Assembly (NCBI GenBank): GCA_965649215.1
Contig: CBFGJZ010000001.1
Location: forward strand, 1,809 to 65,808
DNA from: a candidate division WOR-3 bacterium
GTDB lineage: Bacteria; Hydrothermota; Tepidihabitantia; Tepidihabitantales; CAIPLT01
Direction of reading: 5' to 3'
Length of the DNA stretch: 64,000 bases
A program made the translations under genes and the position numbers. Below are positions 30,773 to 38,875 of the stretch, one piece after another; position 1 is the first letter of the stretch; each line of letters opens with the position of its first letter. Under the pieces are notes generated by a model that saw only the letters and a list, made by a program, of their open reading frames with translations, did not search any database and was not told where the DNA came from.

Positions 30773-32380
30773 TTGAATTTAAAAAGTATTTTTGCATCAG
30801 GTAGTAAAACTACTTTAGCAATTGATATTGGTTCTTCAGCAATTAAATATGTTAAATTAGAAGGTGGACGGGTTACTGATTATGGAGTACGTGAGATTGC
30901 TGAAGTTTTTGATATTCCTTCGATTTTAAAAGAATTGACGATGAATTTCACACCGGATCAGATTTTGAGTTTTGTTTCAGGTCCAGCGGTAAGTATTCGT
31001 CAAGCTCCTTTTCCGAAAATGAGCATGAAAGAATTGCGCGATGCGATAATGCTTCGTTTGGACAAGTATTCACCATTTACCTTAGATGAGTCAATTTTAG
31101 ATTTTACAGTTATTTCAGACATTCGTGAAGGTGGTATGATTCGAGATAATGTTATGGTGGTAGCAGCTCGTCGCGATGTTGTTTCTGAACATATTGCTAC
31201 TTTTAAGAAAGCTGGCTTAGAACCAACTACGATTTCCGTAATTCCTTTTGCTTTAGTTTCAGCTGCTCGAAGATTTGCTCGTTTACGCCCGGACGAAGTT
31301 GTTTGTATGATTGATATTGGTTCCCAATTTACAAATCTTGTTTTTATTCGTAATCAAAAACTTGATTTGAGCCGAACTTTGAGTATTGCCGGTAACGCGA
31401 TTACCGAAGCAATGACGGTTGCTTTAGCGACCGAAGCGGGTGAATTAGCTTTGAACTACACTGAAGCTGAACAGTTTAAAAAAGAGTACGGGATTCCCAG
31501 TGCTGATACTACTGAAAAACTTCCTTCCGGTATTCCCTTAAAGTATCTTTTAACTTTACAAGAACCTATTTTAGCTCGTTTGTTGGCAGAAATAAATCGT
31601 AGTATTGATTATTATCGGCGAGAGTTTACGATACCTAATATCAGTCGAATTCTTTTATGTGGGGGCAGTGCCAATCTTAAGAATTTACGAGCCTATTTAG
31701 AACAAAATATTGGCATTCCGACTGAAGTTTTTGATCCGTTTCGAAGCCATAATCTTTATCGTCGGGATCGACCGTTTACAGAAGGTTTAGGCACTCGTTT
31801 AGTTGCGGTCTTGGGTTTATTATTTGAACCGAGCGCAGTTAATCTTTTACCGCGGGAACTTAAATCACAACGTATTCAGAAATCTGATGTTAGAACCGTG
31901 ATTGCGCTCATGGTTTTGCTTATACCAATTTTACTGGCTATTTATTTTCTCATGGCTTTCCAATCGAATCTGAAAAAGAAAGATGTTGATAACTATAAAC
32001 AGCGTTTACGAGCATTAGAGATTATCAATGCTGAGTATTACGATCTTAAAGAAGATATTAGTGAATTAGAGAACAAAAACAAATCGCTCAATGAAATTGT
32101 TGGGGCGGAGAGTAATTTAATACCTGTTCTACGCTACCTGAGTTATAATGTACCTTCCTATATGCAATTAAAAACTTTTTCTCTTACTAAGGATAAAATT
32201 ATTAAAATGACCGGTTTGGTCAGTGGTAAGCAGTTCTTATTAGATTTAGACCTAACCCAGTTTATGATTCAATTAGAGGCATCACCGTATTTCAAGAATG
32301 TTAAATTAGTGAATAAAAATCGCACTAATTTAGCAACCGAAACAGTTTTAGATTTTGAATTGAGTTTAGAATTAGAATAA
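30773..32380 (+). CDS. PilM-PilN fusion protein (actin-like pilus assembly ATPase-fold protein fused to a PilN-like TM/coiled-coil module)
   Basis: N-terminal 'LAIDIGSSAIKYVKLE' actin-like fold typical of PilM. After about residue 350 comes a single TM 'VIALMVLLIPILLAIYFLMAF' and a coiled-coil periplasmic domain, as in PilN. Confidence 0.75.
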   Translation: MNLKSIFASGSKTTLAIDIGSSAIKYVKLEGGRVTDYGVREIAEVFDIPSILKELTMNFTPDQILSFVSGPAVSIRQAPFPKMSMKELRDAIMLRLDKYSPFTLDESILDFTVISDIREGGMIRDNVMVVAARRDVVSEHIATFKKAGLEPTTISVIPFALVSAARRFARLRPDEVVCMIDIGSQFTNLVFIRNQKLDLSRTLSIAGNAITEAMTVALATEAGELALNYTEAEQFKKEYGIPSADTTEKLPSGIPLKYLLTLQEPILARLLAEINRSIDYYRREFTIPNISRILLCGGSANLKNLRAYLEQNIGIPTEVFDPFRSHNLYRRDRPFTEGLGTRLVAVLGLLFEPSAVNLLPRELKSQRIQKSDVRTVIALMVLLIPILLAIYFLMAFQSNLKKKDVDNYKQRLRALEIINAEYYDLKEDISELENKNKSLNEIVGAESNLIPVLRYLSYNVPSYMQLKTFSLTKDKIIKMTGLVSGKQFLLDLDLTQFMIQLEASPYFKNVKLVNKNRTNLATETVLDFELSLELE

Positions 32381-32390
32381 AGGTGGCATT

Positions 32391-32963
32391 ATGGGAATAT
32401 TACAACGTAAAGTTTTATTTGGTGGTTTGATTGCAATAATTGTTATTATCATTGTCTTTGTAGTTTTTCTGTATCGGCCCATTATGGTTAAGAATAGAAA
32501 GATTGACAAAGAGATTGTGGAATTAAAGAAAAAGATTAAAGAGAACGAGGAGATGGCTAAAGATATTTCCCAATTGCGCCAAACTGTTGCGGAACTAGAA
32601 CAAAAACAACAAGCATTTATGATGCGGATTGTGCCTCGTAAAGAGATGCTAGCGACGGTCCGCCAATTAGTTGATTTAAGTGATGGTTATAATCTGGTTT
32701 TTAGTGAAATTAAACCACCAGGGTTAGATACAATTCTAGAAAGCGATAAACCAACCGCACCAATTAAACCAATTCCATTTTTACTAACGATCCAAGGGCG
32801 CTATATTGATATTGCTCGTTATATTGAATCGCTTACTGATTTTCCTTATTTTTTAAGAACACCGGAAATTGAAATAATTGGTCGTGAAGATCTCCGACCC
32901 AATGTGGAAGCACGATTATTAATAAATCTTTATGTATCAAGTTTAGTTGTTAAATCAGGTTGA
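32391..32963 (+). CDS. PilO-like pilus assembly protein
   Basis: N-terminal TM, coiled coil, then a small periplasmic domain. Its position after PilM/N supports the call. Confidence 0.6.
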   Translation: MGILQRKVLFGGLIAIIVIIIVFVVFLYRPIMVKNRKIDKEIVELKKKIKENEEMAKDISQLRQTVAELEQKQQAFMMRIVPRKEMLATVRQLVDLSDGYNLVFSEIKPPGLDTILESDKPTAPIKPIPFLLTIQGRYIDIARYIESLTDFPYFLRTPEIEIIGREDLRPNVEARLLINLYVSSLVVKSG

Positions 32964-33541
32964 TTATGAAAAAAATTCTATTTGTTGTTTTGGGGATTTT
33001 AGTAATTGTGATGATTGTAACCGTCTTTGGTAAACCGAAATCAAGCCCGAAGGGTAGTGCTCGTGGAAGAAGTAAAACGGCGGGTGAGATTCAAACGAAA
33101 AGCAAGGAGCAGATTGCTGCGGAACGACGCAAAGCAAGAATGGAAGAACGAGCGAGAAAGCGGGAACTAAAAAAACGACTACGCGAAGAGCGACGAGCAC
33201 AGAGATTAGCCAATCGGTATGGTTATCGTTATGGTTATGGTTATTCAACTAGCCGACGAGTGAGAGGAATGAGTCGAAGAGGAACAATTGGTGCCGCCCG
33301 AACGCGTCGTGGTGGGGTGGCTCAAATCTATAAATTGCGCGCGATTCTCACTGTTGATAATGTAAAATTTGCTTTGATTGATAATCGGCAGTACAAAGTC
33401 GGTGATGAGATTATGGGACGAAAAATCATTGAGATTTTAGACGATCGCATTGTCGTATTAGAAAATAATATTCGTAGAGAAGTCAAAGTTGGTGAAATTG
33501 CTTTTCCCAATTTGATTGCCCGAAGTCGACGAAGCAGGTAG
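32960..33541 (+). CDS. PilP-like protein with a highly basic low-complexity linker (paralog 1)
   Basis: N-terminal TM, a K/R/E-rich linker ending in 'RYGYRYGYGY', then a roughly 55-aa C-terminal beta domain (KLRAILTVDNVKFALIDNRQYKVGDEIMGRKIIEI) homologous to the next gene. Confidence 0.45.
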   Translation: MIMKKILFVVLGILVIVMIVTVFGKPKSSPKGSARGRSKTAGEIQTKSKEQIAAERRKARMEERARKRELKKRLREERRAQRLANRYGYRYGYGYSTSRRVRGMSRRGTIGAARTRRGGVAQIYKLRAILTVDNVKFALIDNRQYKVGDEIMGRKIIEILDDRIVVLENNIRREVKVGEIAFPNLIARSRRSR

Positions 33542-33587
33542 TAAGATAATGATTAGTAAAATTAAAATATAAAAGGAGTGATTTAAA

Positions 33588-34073
33588 TTGAGACAGCGTA
33601 TATTATTTATTATTTTAGGAATTGTTGTTTTATTGGCCATTTATACTTTTTTCTTACGACCCAAGCCTAAAGTAGCCCAACAAGTTGCGCAAACCAAAGC
33701 TAAAGCAGCACAACAAGCAAAGAAAGCAAAAACAGAAGTTACGGCTAAGACTAAAGAAGTTACTAAAAAAATTAGTGAACCGATAAAATCAGTTGTTAAA
33801 ACCGAAGCGGAAGCAACTATTGTTGAAGCAGTGAGTGATAAAGGTAAATGGGGGACCGACCCATTTGTCCGTGATTGGGTTATCTCCGAGGAGATCAGTG
33901 ATTTAAAATTATCAGCGATAACTCAAAGCGGAAGTAAAGCATATGCTTTAATTAACAACCAGATTGTGGAAGTTGGAGAGATGATTGCAGGCAAGAAAAT
34001 TATTGCAATTAATCGAGACAATGTCGTCTTACAGCAAGGTGATCGTAAAATTACTTTAATGTTAGGTCAATAA
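33588..34073 (+). CDS. PilP-like protein (paralog 2)
   Basis: TTG start after an AAGGAG RBS. N-terminal TM, a K/A/Q-rich linker, and a C-terminal 'LKLSAITQSGSKAYALINNQIVEVGEMIAGKKIIAI' domain matching the previous gene. Confidence 0.45.
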   Translation: MRQRILFIILGIVVLLAIYTFFLRPKPKVAQQVAQTKAKAAQQAKKAKTEVTAKTKEVTKKISEPIKSVVKTEAEATIVEAVSDKGKWGTDPFVRDWVISEEISDLKLSAITQSGSKAYALINNQIVEVGEMIAGKKIIAINRDNVVLQQGDRKITLMLGQ

Positions 34074-34156
34074 TGCAACAAAATTATTTTGGTTTTGAGT
34101 TATTAAGTTCTAAATCAAAATTAAAAGTTATTAATAATAATAGATAAGGAGAAGAT

Positions 34157-35764
34157 ATGATTAAGAAATCGTTTTTAATGCTGGTTGGTATTTATCTGGC
34201 AATCTTCTTGCCAATTCTCGTCGAAGCAAATGATGTTAAAAGTGTCAAACGGATTACTTATGCTTCGTTATTAGATAAGGTGAGAATTACGATTAGTTGT
34301 GAAGGAACACCGTCATTAACTGCGTTTACCCTTTCTAATCCAGAACGGATAGTGTTAGACTTAAACAATACTCAGTTAGTCGCAGAACTTACCGAATTAT
34401 CCGTCCCGTATCTTCCAGTAGTAAAAGTTTATGCCGAACAGTGGCAAATGCAACCACCCATTACCCGCGTAACAATTGAATTAGATCGACGAGCCCAATA
34501 TCAAGTGTTACGAGAATATGATATGATAATTGTGGATGTCGAAACAGAAAAACTGCGACCAATGCCAATTACAGTAGAGGAGCAGGAAGAAAAGCGTATA
34601 TCGCTTTATGTCAAAGATGCGGATATTGTTGATTTACTAAGGATGATTGCCAATCAATTTAATTTAAATATTATTGTAACGCCAGATGTTAAATCAACAA
34701 TCACAGTAATGCTTACTGATGTGCCGTTAATGAATGCGATTGATGTTTTGGTCCGCGCAGCGGATTGCAATTATATGACTTATGAATCGGGTATTATCAT
34801 GATAAAACCAAAAGCACGTGAGATTCCCGGCGAGTTAGATTCCAGGGTTTATGAACTGGATTATTCGGAAGCAGCGGATATTGAAAAAGCAATCAAACGG
34901 GCATTATCCGCACGGGGTGTGACTGAAGTGGTTTATCGGCGGGTTGGTGATGGCAATAATTCAAAACGAGCCTCAGCCATAATTGTAACTGATTATCCCG
35001 AGGTTTTGGATAAATTAGAAACGATTATTGCCCAGCTTGACCGTCCATCACCGCAGATTGCAATTGAAGCCAAATTTATTGAAACAACACTTACCGGTGA
35101 TGATATGTATGGCATTAATTGGTCATTACGAACTGCTTTTACAACCGAAATACCCGACTTGAATAAAGAGATGGCAATTCCAGTACCACCGCCACCTCTT
35201 TATTACAAAGGATTACTGTTAGGTAAATTATCATTAGCCCAGTTATCAGCAGCATTAGAAATTATGCAAACCCGTGGTAAATCGAGATTGATTGCCAATC
35301 CTAAGACAATTACTTTGGACAATCAAACCGCAGAGATTAATATGGGTGTATCCGTGCCATTACGATCAGTGCGAGTTGACCCCCAGACCCAAGAACGCAT
35401 TTACACTTGGACTGAAAAGTTTATTCCAATCGGTCTTAAAGTGACACCCCATACAACCAGTGACGGAATGATTAATATGGAAATTGAACCAAAAGTTGAA
35501 GCGATCACAGGTTGGCAAGGTTCGGCAGATGATATGCGACCAGTGACAGTCCGTCGTGAAGCCAAAACTCAAGTTGTCGTTAAAGAAGGCGAAGTGGTGG
35601 TGATTGGCGGTTTAATAAAGGATGAAGAAACGCGGGTTAAGAGTAAAATCCCAATTTTAGGTGATATCCCAATTTTAGGGCCGATGCTGTTTAGCCAGAC
35701 TAATATAAAACGAGAGAAGAGTGAACTGTTAATCTTTATTATACCGCATATTATTAACACCTAA
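34157..35764 (+). CDS. Secretin (PilQ/GspD family) with an N-terminal AMIN domain
   Basis: Signal peptide, an AMIN-like beta domain, secretin N-domains, and the C-terminal secretin core 'VVIGGLIKDEETRVKSKIPILGDIPILGPMLF'. Confidence 0.85.
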   Translation: MIKKSFLMLVGIYLAIFLPILVEANDVKSVKRITYASLLDKVRITISCEGTPSLTAFTLSNPERIVLDLNNTQLVAELTELSVPYLPVVKVYAEQWQMQPPITRVTIELDRRAQYQVLREYDMIIVDVETEKLRPMPITVEEQEEKRISLYVKDADIVDLLRMIANQFNLNIIVTPDVKSTITVMLTDVPLMNAIDVLVRAADCNYMTYESGIIMIKPKAREIPGELDSRVYELDYSEAADIEKAIKRALSARGVTEVVYRRVGDGNNSKRASAIIVTDYPEVLDKLETIIAQLDRPSPQIAIEAKFIETTLTGDDMYGINWSLRTAFTTEIPDLNKEMAIPVPPPPLYYKGLLLGKLSLAQLSAALEIMQTRGKSRLIANPKTITLDNQTAEINMGVSVPLRSVRVDPQTQERIYTWTEKFIPIGLKVTPHTTSDGMINMEIEPKVEAITGWQGSADDMRPVTVRREAKTQVVVKEGEVVVIGGLIKDEETRVKSKIPILGDIPILGPMLFSQTNIKREKSELLIFIIPHIINT

Positions 35765-35765
35765 T

Positions 35766-35792
35766 ATGCTTAATGGCTAATTCATTAAGCAT
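35766..35792 (+). other. Perfect 9-bp stem hairpin between the secretin stop and the prepilin peptidase start
   Basis: ATGCTTAAT-ggctaattc-ATTAAGCAT. No U-tract follows. Confidence 0.3.
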
Positions 35793-35799
35793 ATCTTAG

Positions 35800-36549
35800 A
35801 TGTCGGTTATATTTTTCATTCTTGGGTTATTGATCGGTAGTTTTTTAAATGTTTGTATCTATCGTATTCCAAGACATAAATCAATAATTGCGCCACGTTC
35901 TTTTTGTCCCGCGTGCAAAAGACCAATTCAACCATATGATAATATTCCCGTTATTAGTTATCTGTTATTAGGTGGGCGTTGCCGATATTGTAAAACCAAG
36001 ATTTCTTGGCAATATCCGTTGGTTGAGTTGTTAACCGCCCTCTTGTTTCTGTTTTTATATCTTAATTTCGGTTTGGGTTTAGAATTAGTTAAATATCTTG
36101 TGTTTGTTTCTCTTTTGATGATTGCTGCGTTCACTGATCTTAACTATCGGATAATACCGAATGTCATTTCTGTTCCTGGTATTGTGTTAGGTTTGATTAT
36201 GAATTCAGCCGATTATCTCAATACTATTTTAGCAGTTATCCTTGGGGGCGGTATCTTTTGGTTCTTTCGCCAACTTGGGATTTGGATAAAAAAACAGGAG
36301 ATGATGGGTTGGGGTGATATTAAACTGGCGGCTATGATCGGTGCTTTTTTAGGCATTGCCAATAGCCTTTTAGCTTTGTTTATTGGTGTGGTGTTAGGGG
36401 TATTAGTGTGGACGATTTTAATGCTCGTAAAAATAAAGAAACGTAAAGATTATATTCCGTTTGGTACTTTTATGGTGCTGGGTGCAATAATCACAATTTT
36501 CTGGGGTAGTAAAATTCTAGCCTGGTATTTTACTTTATTTACTTCTTAA
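35800..36549 (+). CDS. Prepilin peptidase (A24 family)
   Basis: 'CP.C...I......IPV.SYLLLGGRCRYC' tetracysteine motif plus a TM core containing 'DL..RIIPN' and 'GWGDIKL'. Confidence 0.85.
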   Translation: MSVIFFILGLLIGSFLNVCIYRIPRHKSIIAPRSFCPACKRPIQPYDNIPVISYLLLGGRCRYCKTKISWQYPLVELLTALLFLFLYLNFGLGLELVKYLVFVSLLMIAAFTDLNYRIIPNVISVPGIVLGLIMNSADYLNTILAVILGGGIFWFFRQLGIWIKKQEMMGWGDIKLAAMIGAFLGIANSLLALFIGVVLGVLVWTILMLVKIKKRKDYIPFGTFMVLGAIITIFWGSKILAWYFTLFTS

Positions 36550-37144
36550 GATGAGTTTGAATTTGTTTTACTAAAATCGTACCTGCTTGATAAGCTTCTT
36601 GTAAAAGTTTCTTTTTCTGAGCGTCTTTGCGGTCCGCATGAAACATTTTAAGAATTTTCATAATTTTTAAGTTAAGATCCTGACACCAAAAATTAATTGA
36701 TGCTAAAGCGGGTTTAATATTTTTAGAACAATCTGCAACCCAAATAAAAATACCAAGTTTAGGTTTTGTAATAAGACGCTGAAAAGTCGGTTTGCCACTT
36801 TTATTGCGCTTGATAATGGACAGGCAATTACAACGGTCAATCATAAGTTTGGTTTGAGCCGAAATTGTTTCATAATACGCAGGTGTGCCTAATATGATAC
36901 CATCAACCTCTTCAAATAATTTATAAAGTTGCTGCATTCCATCAGGATAAATGCAATAGCGGGGATAAGGGTGTTTCAGACAGGCTTGGCAAGGTTTAAT
37001 CTTTAAGTTGTTAAGATAAATCTTGGTAATTTTAGCACCTGCTTTTTTGGCACCGCTTAATGTTTTACTGACTAATTGATCGGTATTTTTACCGCGACGA
37101 GGACTGCCAACTAATCCAAGAATATGAACTTTTTGTCGGTTCAT
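36539..37144 (-). CDS. Flavodoxin-like fold NAD(P)H-dependent FMN reductase / iron-sulfur flavoprotein family
   Basis: 'ILGLVGSPRRGKNT' P-loop-like FMN binding motif and a 'C.AC' pair. Confidence 0.55.
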   Translation of the reverse strand: MNRQKVHILGLVGSPRRGKNTDQLVSKTLSGAKKAGAKITKIYLNNLKIKPCQACLKHPYPRYCIYPDGMQQLYKLFEEVDGIILGTPAYYETISAQTKLMIDRCNCLSIIKRNKSGKPTFQRLITKPKLGIFIWVADCSKNIKPALASINFWCQDLNLKIMKILKMFHADRKDAQKKKLLQEAYQAGTILVKQIQTHLKK

Positions 37145-37797
37145 AGTAACTTATAGATATCATTGATCTTTTCAAATACTTGCTCGAAAGTCAGATAAAA
37201 AGTAGGTTGAATGATTTGTCTTTTTATAATGAGCATACTTTGTAAATCTTGCATCAGGTCGTCAAATTCAATAAGGGCATCAATTAGCTCTTGCTGATCT
37301 GAACTTTGAATAATCCGCGGCATTAAATCAGAACGAATTTGCGCAATATCCCATTTAATAGCATTAAAATAAGCTCTTACCGACTCAGGTTGAATTTGCT
37401 CTAGCGCCATTAGTTTTTTAATTTGTTGGATTACTTTATTCAAGTTTGGTTTTTGATAGGTATCGGATAAGTCAGTGTTATTAAGGGGGGTAATTATAGA
37501 ATTATCTTTGGTTAGAGCAAAATGATTAAATAACTCAAGGACGATATTATTTAAATGATGGGCGATCGTACGATGGGATATTTGCCGTACCCGTTCCCAC
37601 TTTTTTTTACGCTGATTTTCAGTAATGCGGTCAACTAATAAGATCGCCACAACAATACCTAAAAATAAGCCGGTTATCTCTGCTAAAATATTACTCACAA
37701 ATCCTTGGGTGTCATAAAAGAAACCGCTAATGATTAATAATAACGCAAGAGTGGTTAATAATAAAATAAAAGTCTTAAGCGAGATATATTTTTTCAT
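37141..37797 (-). CDS. hypothetical membrane protein (2 N-terminal TM segments)
   Basis: ORF only. No family recognised. Confidence 0.4.
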   Translation of the reverse strand: MKKYISLKTFILLLTTLALLLIISGFFYDTQGFVSNILAEITGLFLGIVVAILLVDRITENQRKKKWERVRQISHRTIAHHLNNIVLELFNHFALTKDNSIITPLNNTDLSDTYQKPNLNKVIQQIKKLMALEQIQPESVRAYFNAIKWDIAQIRSDLMPRIIQSSDQQELIDALIEFDDLMQDLQSMLIIKRQIIQPTFYLTFEQVFEKINDIYKLL

Positions 37798-37954
37798 TTA
37801 CTTGATATTTTGTTTAATGTTATCTAAAACTTTCTGAGAGTTGGGTGCCATTTTAAAAAAATTAGCTATGATATTTCGCATTATTCTCAAGACTATGGCA
37901 GATTTAATGCTTTGTCAAGAGCGCTGATAAGAGGAGAGTTTTTAATAAAAGGGC

Positions 37955-37983
37955 TTGACAATATTTCTAATTTTTGTTAAAAT
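37955..37983 (+). promoter_or_regulatory. sigma70-like promoter for the gene at 38033. A direct repeat of TATTACATAT (37983-38007) follows it.
   Basis: TTGACA (37955-37960), 17 nt spacer, TAAAAT (37978-37983). Two copies of TATTACATAT separated by 5 nt lie in the leader. Confidence 0.4.
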
Positions 37984-38032
37984 ATTACATATGTATGTAT
38001 TACATATTTTATAATAGAAAGGAGGTGAGGTA

Positions 38033-38404
38033 ATGCCCGTAAGAAATACTTTAAGAAGAATTGCTAAATTTAGGGCTAAGTATGATCCGGAGGCAATTCG
38101 GAATGCGATTGAACGGCAGTTGGATTCGATTTTAGAACAGCAAGAGACCGCCCAGTCGCAATTAGAAAAAGTCGAGAATCTGACCAAGATTATTTTAGGC
38201 GAGGAGAATGTGCCGACACCATTAATACCTGCTTATTTGAATTTTGCCAGGCAAATTTGGAAACTACGTAATAAATTTTCAGTTGAGATATTAAAAACTG
38301 AAGCGGATATTATGCTTTACAAATGGACTCGACGCTCACTTCTGGAATCAGTTTTGATTCGTATTCGTGATTCAATCTTTACGCTTGAAGCACCAACATC
38401 ATAA
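38033..38404 (+). CDS. hypothetical protein
   Basis: 123 aa with a strong RBS (AAAGGAGGTGAGG). No family recognised. Confidence 0.4.
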   Translation: MPVRNTLRRIAKFRAKYDPEAIRNAIERQLDSILEQQETAQSQLEKVENLTKIILGEENVPTPLIPAYLNFARQIWKLRNKFSVEILKTEADIMLYKWTRRSLLESVLIRIRDSIFTLEAPTS

Positions 38405-38439
38405 GAAACGTAAAGTGTCATGCTGAACTTGATTCAGCA

Positions 38440-38760
38440 TCTATAAAATAAGAGACCCTGAATTAAGATGGCTTCACCTAGTTACGCCTTCGCTTCGCGA
38501 CCAGGGTGACAATAAACCGACGGGTGCATCTGATGAGTACGGGTTGCACCCGTATAAAAATTCTTGGCGGTCTACCTCGCATAGCTGGTTACCCTTTTGT
38601 TCGCCTCATCGGTAAGCCAGGGGGCATGCCCCTCGGCAAGCCGGTGGGCAACCCAAGGGTATACCGACTGGTCCGCCGAATCAGTAATGTAATCAGTCGC
38701 CCGTCAGTTCGCCTGACGGATTATCTAATCGATTACCAATAAGATTGCGGATGAAATTGC
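38440..38760. ncRNA. Candidate structured non-coding RNA of unknown class (a GC-rich island between convergent genes)
   Basis: Local GC is about 55-65% against roughly one-third GC in the surrounding genome. Many stems: ATGCTGAA/TTCAGCAT (38420-38440); ACCCTG...CAGGGT (38454/38502); mutually exclusive ACGGGTGCA/TGCACCCGT versus TACGGGT/ACCCGTA (38520-38554); GGGGCATGCCCC (38621-38632); CCGTCAG/CTGACGG (38701-38719). No long ORF spans it except a compositionally implausible 78-aa frame. Confidence 0.3.
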
Positions 38761-38875
38761 TGAAAAGTTTGCCTAGTGAATCTAGGAGGACCCTTGTTGG
38801 GAAATAAAAAGCCTATAATAATATATTGAAAGTGTCTCTTATTAAAATTATTTTTTATTATTTTGGTTATATGCC

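Noticed and set aside
38530-38537. A CUGAUGAG motif, the conserved core of the hammerhead ribozyme, next to a 7-bp helix that could be stem II
   Set aside because: The sequence following the putative stem II is UAAAAA, not the required GAAA, and no stem I/III arrangement with a UH cleavage site could be drawn. It is more likely a coincidence inside the GC-rich structured island.
38506-38742. A 78-aa ORF (MTINRRVHLMSTGCTRIKILGGLPRIAGYPF...)
   Set aside because: It lies entirely within the GC-rich structured island and has Pro/Gly/Arg-rich composition unlike any other protein here. It looks like an ORF generated by GC-rich RNA sequence.
38405-38875. RNase P RNA, SRP RNA or a cobalamin riboswitch as the identity of the GC-rich island
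   Set aside because: RNase P RNA: a GGCUUACCG stretch on the minus strand faintly resembles the P4 3' strand, but the partner 5' P4 sequence (GGAAAGUCCGGGCUCC) is absent where it should be. SRP RNA: the conserved domain-IV sequence (GGAAGCAGC) is absent. Cobalamin riboswitch: no B12 box, and the island is 3' of both flanking genes. It is left as unclassified.
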